Shown one piece after another: positions 1 to 10,504 of a DNA stretch of 64,000 nucleotides. The stretch's first letter is position 1. Each line of letters begins with the position of its first letter. Source of the stretch: Vairimorpha necatrix (taxonomy: Eukaryota); contig CP142733.1 in the NCBI GenBank assembly GCA_036630325.1, positions 558,001-622,000 on the forward strand, read 5' to 3'. The notes below the pieces were generated by a model, which searched no databases, was not told the origin of the DNA, and saw only the letters and a list, made by a program, of their open reading frames with translations. Both the position numbers and the translations under genes were made by a program.

Positions 1-1239
1 TTATAGGAATAACACAATGGAAATAAAATTAATTGTTTGATTTAAATATAACCATCTCAATTAGGGGTAAGTTGTTTATGGTCAATTACAATAAATTTTT
101 AGTATCGAACACTTCATGGAATCTGGAGAATCGGGACAGATTCAAAGATAATATATTCACGAGCTGAAATATATCCTGTTGAAAACGCAATGTCGCACTA
201 TGTATCATATTTGTAGACGTAAAATAATCAAATTGAAAGCATTATATATATTATACGTATTCATATGTGAAAATTCTTTCGATTTAACGTAAACTTTATT
301 ATGTATAAATGTAGATAATAAGTCAGAAAAAATACGTAGTTATATAATAGGCAATATAGCCATAAGCAAAGTAAATGAGAGTAGATATGTGATCTCTGCA
401 AACACTATGATTAAAAATATATTTTAAGGTATTATTAGATGCACATCTTCTAGATTCATATCAATAGAGAAAGCTGAAGATAAAAAAATCAAATCATACT
501 TTTCTGAAATAAATATTAAGAAATGTTTTATTTTTGCAAAAAACCTGGCATAATACATAATCATGAAACAATAATACCATATATGATGATATAAATGTAG
601 TGGTGTCCAAATATTACAATTAGTAAAAAAACGTCATTCTACGTATACATAATTTAAAAATTTTTAAAATAAAACTTTTTGTTTATCGAAGGTTCAGTGA
701 AGAAATATACCTTTAAGGAGATGAAGAGAAACAAAAACTATAAAATAACGTGAACAAGTCAATCTTAACTTTTATTAATCTACGTATGATTCAAACGGCT
801 ATCATTTCCCCCCTGTTTTATTTTATACCCAAAAAAATTGAATATTCGACAGCCGAAAGACCATGAATTTATGAATAACGATGCTTAAAATTATTAATAT
901 ATAATAACTTTATATTAAGTGCCGGTCTAAATATTTACAACTTCAGGATTTATCTACAAATATCTAAAATATGGTTGGATTGTTCGATTTCAATAAAAAA
1001 GTATTAATGTTTAATCAAATATAGTAAAAAAAATTAAATGATTAAATAAATATTACATCAATTATAATTATGTATCTTATGAATATTGAAAGAAAAATGC
1101 GATAAGATCTAATGACATAAAACATCATTAAATTAGTATATCTTCTTTTGCGTCACTAATTTATAAACCCCAGTATTTTACAGTGAATATTAGAAAACTG
1201 AAAACAATGACAACATTAGTACTTGTCCAAAAATGAATA

Positions 1240-2260
1240 TTTTTAGATAAATTTGCACTATTCTAAGACGCAAAGCGATTTTCCACTCCAAGAAAACTGG
1301 CTACACATATCTATCCACCATAGAAGGATATATAAAAGAGAAATATAAACTTAAGGAAAACGTAACTGCTAAAATATTAATAGAGGCTCAAACCGAATCT
1401 CTTTATAGCGATATAAAAATAAAAACAAACCATTCAAAGATATTTAGACCAAGAGACGATCCACTTATTGATATAAAACAGGCTGCCATGTGGCTCACAA
1501 AAGGAAATATGAGCCCGAGGGAGGAAGGCAATTTATGTGCATTACAGGACCGAAATATTTTCTTAGAGAAACGGATAAAATGCCCACACTGCCATAATAT
1601 GGAAAGAAAGTAGATCATATGGCCACTCAATGTGATCGTATGCTTTCACATGATTACTTAAGACGGCAAAATGAGGCACTGCGATGCACCCACCTACAGT
1701 TGTGTAAGACGTATTATCTATCCCATGCCAAAAGAATTAGAAATCATTCAGTCCAGGAGTGTGTAGCTAATGAGTATATTGAGATACGAGTCGACAGTAG
1801 GATACATTCAAGTATCAAAATAAAGTATTACAAGCCTGATATACTAATTGTAGACAAGTTGAGGAAAGAAGTGATCGTTGTAAAGTTAGTATCACAAGTT
1901 TTAACAACATCCATGCAGTAGAAACAGAAAAGAAACATAAATACGACTTGCTCGCAAATCATGTGCCTTCTCTCTATAAATACAAGCAGAAAATTATTTC
2001 TTATGTGATGACGTGTGATGGAATAGTAACTTATTTTCACCGTACGCATATCAAAGTGCTCAGATTAGAACCCAGAACGCCAGCATATATACAGCCAAGA
2101 GTCCTTAAAATGACTTTAGAAAGCCTTTTATGCCAGCCAGACATGGGCTTGATACAGATCAGGAAGGGGTTTTCGAGAGCCCAATGAGTGAATCTCAGAA
2201 GGAAGTCCTGGAACTGCCAGATGAGACTGTAAGCGTATCTTGTGACAAAAAATTAATAAG
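1240..2260 (+). mobile_element. Decayed, 5'-truncated non-LTR retrotransposon with zinc knuckle and restriction-like endonuclease (R2 group, R4/Dong-like); boundaries approximate
   Basis: Joined across frameshifts at ~1608 and ~1882 it reads ..WLTKGN..LCALQDRNI..CPHC..DHMATQC..YLRRQN..HSVQE..KPDILIVDK..VSITS..ETEKKHKYDLLAN..AYIQ. These are the CCHC, RH(N/D)-equivalent, PD..E and KxxKY motifs of RLE elements. No RT domain is present. Confidence 0.88.
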
Positions 2261-3723
2261 CTGAATATTATACCCAAATAAATTATATATTTATATATGG
2301 CAAAATTATTTAAGTGTCAAAAAATTCAGGGTCAAAATGATTTGAAAATTAACTCTTTAAACATATCATATAAGGAAAAATAGTGTTAAATTCTTAACGC
2401 GTAAATTATATTTTAAAGATAAAAAATGATTAATCTACAATAAAATTTGATTTTTTTGTAGATATAAAGCTTAACAATTATCACAATATGACAAAAAACT
2501 GTTAATGTTTTTGCCAGAATGCCTTTAGATATTATTAAATTTTTTTTATAATTTTTTTTTATATGTACCATGTTCTAGTATAAGTAGACATTGTTACAGA
2601 ACTTTGTTGTATATAATTTTTTTTATAAATTGAGATAAACTTGGAAGATAATATATGAAATAATAGAATCAAAACACACGAATTTAAATGGAAAAGTGGT
2701 AGAGACTCGATTGTTTTTCTATATTGCCAAAAATTATTATTAACATAGATGTCCGTCTAACTATTCACAAAAACTAAACACACTATCAGATACTTCGTAA
2801 TACTAATTATTCATTATAGATTTATATTTTTCAAATGAAATGTATATTCTTTATTATTCATGTTTACTATGATTACATTTTAATATATTTGACCTAGCTA
2901 TTATACGATATCGTTTTTTAATTATATCCTATATTACTACGTATTAAATAATATGATGACTTCATGTACCATATATGATTGATTCGGCTTCAAAAGATTA
3001 ATTTGCAGTTTATAAAAAAAAGTATGTTGAAAATAAGAATAGTTATTTACACATTATTCAATTAACTTTTATTGTGTGCTCATTTCATTGTCTTTAAATG
3101 ATTAAATAACAAATCTAAAACGTTTCTTTATTAAATTAAATGGCAGTTTTTCCTTATCATTTGCTTTTATTTCATAATTTGTTCTTGTCAAAAGGGGGTA
3201 TTTTTAAACAATTTTGGCCCTGAATTGTTCGCCATCTAATATGAATTTTTCCTTTTTATTTCATGGCATGCTGTAAATGTTCTAATACTTTACAAATAGC
3301 AGGTATAAATTTCTACAAGTGTTTATGTTAAAAGTTTAAAAATGATATTAAATTGGCAATATATTTAATTTTTATAAATTCTGATAAATTTGATAATTAA
3401 TCATATTAAACCTATTCTGCATATATAATTTATAGTTCAAAAGATGAATCCTGTTGCTTTAAGCATTAGTTTATGGAACGTCGAATACGAACCAGTTAAA
3501 TATTTTTTTTAAAGCATTAAAACTTAGTACAACTTAATCATTAAATGATATTTCCAAGCTACGTTGTATCATATTATCACGTTTAAAAAAACAACCCCAT
3601 TTTGTAACAAATTTAATTTGACAATATTAATTTTGCATAGTCGTTATAAGTTAATTTTATGATCTTAGGAACAAATATTTAAAAGTAATAAACTTTTAAA
3701 TGAATTGTTCAATATAAAAGTAA

Positions 3724-3764
3724 ATATATATATATATATATATATATGAAAAAAGTGAAACCCC
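3724..3764 (+). promoter_or_regulatory. (AT)12 tract plus CCCC immediately before the ATG of the 3765 gene
   Basis: (AT)12 at 3724-3747 and CCCC at 3761-3764. CCC-like motifs next to start codons are typical of microsporidian genes. Confidence 0.6.
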
Positions 3765-4340
3765 ATGATATTGATTCTTTTTAATCTGCAATATATTTTT
3801 TCTATTGAGGCCATGTTTATGGTACAAAGAGATGATAAATTCGTAGATGTTTACATAAGTTTAGCAGATGAAGAAAAAAACACTACCTATTCAATTTCTG
3901 AAATGGACGATGATTATAATTTTAAATCAATTAATACGTTCAATCATAAAATCCTTATAGGAAGAAAATATAAGACGCATTACTTTCTGCCTATAACATT
4001 AAAAGAGGGAATGTATATTCATAAAATGTTAAGTTCTGTTGCAAATAATAATGTCGAACTGATGAACATTATAAATTTGTTCTACAATGGTACAGATATA
4101 CTTAAAACTACTATTACAACTGAAGATAAAAAGGTATATTACTTAGAACATGGAAAATATAATTCTGTAATACCGGATGATGCTTTCATAGTAAATTCGA
4201 AATTACACTTTCACGAATCAAAAAGCTTATTTGAACTAGAATGGTTAGATATTTTTGATAAACGTGTTGATTATAAACTTCCAAAAAAATACTTTATAAT
4301 CCGTTACAGGAAAGTACTAGATACTAAAGATATTGATTAA
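3765..4340 (+). CDS. Hypothetical secreted protein, family A (191 aa)
   Basis: CCCC-ATG start and hydrophobic N-terminus. Shares VYIS, ILKTT, YYLE and LEWL motifs with paralogues at 17012, 23017 and 24894. Confidence 0.85.
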   Translation: MILILFNLQYIFSIEAMFMVQRDDKFVDVYISLADEEKNTTYSISEMDDDYNFKSINTFNHKILIGRKYKTHYFLPITLKEGMYIHKMLSSVANNNVELMNIINLFYNGTDILKTTITTEDKKVYYLEHGKYNSVIPDDAFIVNSKLHFHESKSLFELEWLDIFDKRVDYKLPKKYFIIRYRKVLDTKDID

Positions 4341-4889
4341 CTTGTACATTTATGATATAAAATCCTCTGTAAAATTTTTTTCATTATCACAATTGTAATG
4401 ATAGTTTATAAAATAGTTTTCAGACATAGGTGAAGCACCGAAAGTAAAGAAAAAAGTACGATAGGAATTTGGTTTAATTTACGTCAAATATTAGAAAAAC
4501 TAAATACATTAATTGTCAATAGTTACAAGCTAAAATTAATAAAAAATTTTAATTTTTTTTCAAGATGATTTTTTTTTTAATTTTCATTATCGCTAAAACT
4601 GATGAAAAGTATAAAATTTCAAATTTGTATATCAAGTTTATAAAATTAACTGATTATTTAATCCACGTAATTGATAGTTTAGAGAATGAAGAAAATAACT
4701 ATAAAAATAAACTAAGACGAAACTAACATTTTGTATCAAGAAAAAAAAATTTTGCAATTGTTTTGATATATTTTCGGGTTGAGATGAAATTTTTATTTCA
4801 TCAAAAAAAAAATAATTTGAAAAAATATGAAAGCTTGTAATATTTTTTATACGAAAAAAAATTCTACTCTTTTTTGATTGCATATAACA

Positions 4890-7800
4890 TCATCATCATA
4901 TATATAAAAGAATTTTATTTAATTTTTTACCCCTCTTTTTTATGATTTTGTAAAATCCAAACTTCTTATTATAGCTTATTGTGTTATTGTAATATCAAAT
5001 TTAAACTCAATGCTTAAATTCGATAATTGTAAGTGCGTATACTATATATTAATGCATTTTTATTCTATTTATTATTTTTAGAAAACTCAGTTCCAAAATA
5101 TCGTCAGAATCGTTTTTTAGAATTTATTTAACCCTTCTAGAAAAAATTCACAATAACATTAATCAAAGAAAAAGTTGAATATAAGTGTCAAAAAATGAGC
5201 TTAAAAGTTCCCAAAATTATCTTATTGAGATAATTAATTGTTTATAAACAACATTACTCCTTATATGTCACTAAAAAGTATTTTTAAAAATTATGTTTTC
5301 TCCTTATTAAATTCATTCATCCCAAAATGGAAACTTTACAAAATTCACCGAGGAGCGACATATTAAAAAACTAAACATTTAGATCCCGTTTTCAAAACGG
5401 GAAAGCATACGCTAGTCATATATATAAAAGAATTTTATTTAATTTTTTACCCCTCTTTTTTGTGGTTTTAAAAATTCTAAACTTCTTATTATAGCTTATT
5501 ACGTTATTATAATTGCAAATTTAAACACCATGCTTAAATTTGATAATTGTAAGTGTGTATATTATGTGTTAATGCATTTTAATTCATATTATTATTTTTG
5601 TAAAACTCAGTTCCAAAATATCGTCAGAATCGTTTTTTAGAATTTATTTAACCCTTCTAGAAAAATTCACAAAAATATTAACCAAAGAAAAAGTTGAATA
5701 TAAGTGTCAAAAATTGAGCTTAGAAGTATTCAAAATTATCTAATTATGATTTTTAAGTGTTTTACAACAACATTACTCCTTATATGTCACTAAAAAGTAT
5801 TTTTAAAAATCATGTCTAAACTCTGTCAAATTTAATCAGCCAAAAATGGAAACTTTACAAAATTTACCGAGACGGGACATATTATAAAACAAACACATTT
5901 ATCCCGTTTTCAAAACGGGAAAGCATACGCTAGTCATCATATATATAAAAGAATTTTATTTAATTTTTTACCCCTCTTTTTTGTGACTTTGAAATTTCTA
6001 AACGATATGTTTTGGGTCTTTTATGTTAATATAATATCAAATATAGATTTATTGCTTTAATTTGACTATTCTAAGTGTGTATGTTATCAGTTAATACTTT
6101 TTAATTCTATTTATTATTTTTGTAAAACTCAGTTCCAAAATATCGTCAGAATCGTTTTTTAGAATTTATTTAACCCTTCTAGAAAAATTCACAAAAATAT
6201 TAACCAAAGAAAAAGTTGAATATAAGTGTCAAAAATTGAGCTTAGAAGTATTCAAAATTATCTAATTATGATTTATAAGTGATTTTAACTTCATTTTACT
6301 CCTTATATGTCACTAAAAAGTATTTTTGAAAACGATGTCAAATCCTATCAAATTCTAACATTCCAAAATAGAAACTCACAAAAATTCACCGAGGAGCGAC
6401 ATATTATAAAACAAAACATTCAAATCCCGTTTTCAAAACGGGAAAGCATACGCTAGTCATCATATATATAAAAGAATTTTATTTAATTTTTTACCCCTCT
6501 TTTTTGTGACTTTGAAATTTCTAAACGATATGTTTTGGGCCTTTTATGTTAATATAATATCAAATATAGATTTATTGCTTTAATTTGACTATTCTAAGTG
6601 TATATGTTATCAGTTAATACTTTTTTATTTTGATTATTATTTTTGTAAAACTCAGTTCCAAAATATCGTCAGAATCGTTTTTTAGAATTTATTTAACCCT
6701 TCTAGAAAAATTACAAAAATGTTTAACAATAAAAATTTAATGACAATAAATGTCAACAATTGAGCTTAGAAGTTCCCAAAATTATCTCATTGAGCTTATT
6801 AAATATTTTAAAACAGCATAACTTCTTATATGTTGCTAAAAAGTATTTTTAAAAATCATGTTTTCTCCTTTATAAATTCATTATCCTTAAATGGAAATTT
6901 AACGAAAATTACCAATTAGGGACATATTAAAAAACTAAACATTTATCCCGTTTTCAAAACGGGAAAGCATACGCTAGTCATCATATATATAAAAGAATTT
7001 TATTTAATTTTTTACCCCTCTTTTTTATGATTTTGTAAAATCTAAACTTTTTTTTATAGCTTATTGTGTCATTGTAATATCAAATATAAACTCATTGAAG
7101 GATTTTGACTATTCTAAGTGTGTATGTTATTAGTTAATACTTTTTAATTTTGATTATTATTTTTGTAAAACTCAGTTCCAAAATATCGTCAGAATCGTTT
7201 TTTAGAATTTATTTAACCCTTCTAGAAAAAATTCACAAAAATATTAACCAATAATGATTTTGAAGATTATTGTCAAATTTTGAGCGTAAAAACACAATAA
7301 AGTTATCAAATTGAATTTTATAGAATAATTTGATTTGAATTCTGTATTCAAGTTTTGCATTGGAAATAATTTTAATGTTGTTAAAAATTGCATTTCCCCT
7401 TTCTTTTCAAACCAAATATGGAAACTTAAAAAAAAATTAAGGAGGTACATACCATAAACAAAACATAATAATCCCGTTTTCCAAAACGGGAAAGCATACG
7501 CTAGTCATATATATAAAAGAATTTTATTTAATTTTTTACCCCTCTTTTTTGTGGTTTTGAAATTTTTACACTATATATTTTGAACTTATTATGTTTAAAT
7601 AATATCAAATATAAACTCAACGAAGGATTTTGGCTATCATAGGTGCGTGTACTGTATGTTAATACAGTTTCATTTTAATTCTTTGTTTTGTAAAACTCAG
7701 TTCCAAAATATCGTCAGAATCGTTTTTTAGAATTTATTTAACCCTTCTAGAAAAATTTTAAAAACAATTGACAAAAGAAGAATGTTGAATAAAAGTGTCA

Positions 7801-8026
7801 AAACTTAAGCTTAGAAGTCCCCAAAATTATCTCATTATAATTATTAAATGTTTTTAGCTCAACTTTACTCCTTATATGTTACTAAAAAGTATTTTTAAAA
7901 ATTATGTTTTCGCCTTTTCAAATTCATTCATCCCAAAATGGAAACTCACCAAAATTCACCGAAGAGCGACATATTATAAAACAAAACGTTCAAATCCCGT
8001 TTTCAAAACGGGAAAGCATACGCTAG
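4890..8026 (+). mobile_element. Head-to-tail array of six non-autonomous Helitron-like units (4890/4896-5415, 5416-5933, 5934-6456, 6457-6977, 6978-7504, 7505-8026)
   Basis: Each unit starts TC(ATC)ATATATATAAAAG and ends with the hairpin TCCCGTTTT-C-AAAACGGGA, 9 nt, then CTAG. The array sits between A4889 and T8027 with no TSD. These are canonical Helitron termini. Confidence 0.9.
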
Positions 8027-10188
8027 TTTTATTTAAAATCATTTTTAAGAAATTTTTTGCTGGAGATTGTGTGGATTTTTAACAATATTAGTAACAAATC
8101 TTTTTTGTGTTAAATAGCAAATATAAAGCTTTTTGTCTCGTAATCGAATAAAAAGTTGTTATTAAAATTTTTAATTATATGGTACAAAACCAAAGGTGGA
8201 AAAGAATAATTACTTTTTTTTTTGAATTAAATTCTACGTTATTAGTTTTCTATCTAAAGAACAAAATTAAGATGTTAGTTTTTTAGCAAACAAAAACTGT
8301 TGAGCATAAAGTATCAAAAAAGCGGGAACGGTTCGATTTTGAAAAATTAACTGTAATACACCAACAGCAAGATGTTTCAGTTTGTGAGTAACTATATTTT
8401 TCCCCAAACTCGTAGTTTTATGTCGATAATGGATACCCTTTTATAAAAATTATGATTTATAGATTAAATGTGGTAAAAAAAAATCACTTGAATTTATAGA
8501 CTTATATCAGAAAAACTTTTGTTCATGGTATGGGTGTTTTTTAAGTAAATTGAAACAACATTATTCTATGGACGACAACGTTGCAGCTATTTGTAGATAT
8601 GTTTGCCATGTAGTCATATTTAGAAATTTGCATTTAAATAGAACAAAGCATTGACGATGTAGTTTTAGTCTATCAGATTCCTTAAATCTTTTCATTTAAC
8701 GCTATTACTTATTTAAAATCTATTTTAAGATTAAATAATTTCTGTTTTTTAAAATTCTATCTAGTTTTTAGCATTTAAAATATATTTTTCTGGAGGCTTG
8801 TAAATGGCAAATTAAAATTCAACTTTTTATAAAATCTATAGAAAAATAGTGGTAAAGCACGAATATGAATTTTATTATTTGCTATAACTTTAATCAATAT
8901 GAGTAAAGTATTAAACATTTATAAATGATTCTTTCTCGAAATACGATGTTTTTTTTATTGGCATAAGAGCTAATTACAAATATTGATGCATTTGACTAAA
9001 ATAGAAGAGTTAATTTAAAAAAAATCAAACATTTTTTACATAACATTAACTTCTTTGACAAACTTCTTAGAACAGCCTAATTATAGTAAATGTTAATGTT
9101 TTATATTAGTTAATAGACTAAATAAAAAATAGAACATTGTTAGGTGCACCCTATTGTTTTCTATGTATATACAAGTATGCGATAAATAAAAATGTAAGTT
9201 CTCATGAAACCACTCATATTGGGTCATTAAATAAAGATCGCAGTAATACTAAACACAGAGGGCTACACATCGACTTCTCCACAGAATTGGAGATTAGGAA
9301 GAAGAAAAAAAAATTCGTTGGTTCAATAAACTTCTAGATGTTGTGATGCTTCTGATTAATTAGATATTTAATAATATATGCTTGATGTTTCTGTACGCGA
9401 TAATGGTTATAGTATTCTTGATGCCTTTCTAACTTTAATTGAGTGAAAAGCTTTAGCATTATTATATGGAAATTCGATATTTTGCATCGATAAAAAGTAT
9501 TTTGCTTTTAATAAATAAGGAAATGACCACTATTTTGAGTTCTTTAGATATCTATATATTATGCTGCTTCGACTTTCAAGCAAGAAACAAAAATAGGATT
9601 GATAAAAATTATAGTACTTTTAATACGTATTTGTTTCTCGTACTAATTATAGGTACTTTTTACTTTTTATACTAATTAGAACAAATTTATAATTTAAATT
9701 TTTGATCAATAATGTGTATTTAAACCACATTTAATTATTCTATAACATGTAGTTGAATATGATTCAAATTATATTTACAAAATAAATAAATGCTTACCTG
9801 ATATAGAAAATTATTAGAAATTCGCGATACTAAGAACTTTAATTATAAAACTATTTTAACAAAATCTCCTCAGATTTGTAAATGGGTTTGACATTATACT
9901 TTGGAATTTATGTGTTTTTCTTGATATACTTTTGAACTTATTTAAGTAAATTTTGTTTTTATCTTAAAATGTCAAATATTTATATAAAAAATTATGATTT
10001 CAAATCATATCAAAATGCTTTTTATTCAGATATATCTAAAATATTTAATTAGTAAATTCGTAGATAAAAATTAAATTTGTTTTGACGTTTTTAATTTATC
10101 AAGTTTGAGAAATATGCCAAATGGTATATAAATACAATATTTTTTAATGATCGTATTTTAAATTTTATATATTATGGATCTATGGAAA

Positions 10189-10491
10189 TGACACAATCCA
10201 GAGGAGCTACCTCTGGACAAATATAGTTCTATTAAATTATACGTTTTATTTATTTGATTAAAGCCTCGTTGGGCATCCGTAATGGGATACTGGTCCCTGG
10301 CTCTGAGGCCCTTCCTTGGTCGTGGATTCCAAGGGTATTGATCTTTGTCTTGTCTCATAATTTTGTTGGGGTCAGGGCAAAAAGGAAATAAATAATTGAT
10401 TTTTGGAATAGACCGGTCGAATGGTCTATTTTCCAAAAAGGGAAAATTGATAAAATAAAAATAAATAATTTGTGGTATTTATAATACCACA
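10189..10491 (-). repeat. 3' LTR (303 bp)
   Basis: Direct repeat of 14098-14400, identical by eye, with TG...CA ends. Confidence 0.96.
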
Positions 10492-10504
10492 TTCTCCCCC
10501 CTCT
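10492..10504 (-). other. Polypurine tract
   Basis: Minus strand reads AGAGGGGGGAGAA, abutting the 3' LTR and overlapping the pol TAG stop. Confidence 0.9.

Noticed and set aside
1403-2049. Minus-strand ORFs 1403-1630 and 1828-2049
   Set aside because: Antisense to the RLE remnant.
5384-5402. Rho-independent terminator
   Set aside because: No U-tract or upstream gene. Its position 9 nt before CTAG is that of a Helitron 3' hairpin.
4890-8026. CRISPR array (conserved palindromic repeat with variable intervening DNA)
   Set aside because: The period is ~520 bp, the intervening segments are homologous to each other, there are no cas genes, and the context is eukaryotic. The termini match Helitrons.
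7244-8082. 68-aa ORFs inside array units
   Set aside because: The frames are not preserved in sibling units, so they are chance ORFs.
10158-10436. 92-aa ORF identical to the polyprotein N-terminus
   Set aside because: It is simply the 3' LTR copy with a TTG start running into flanking DNA.
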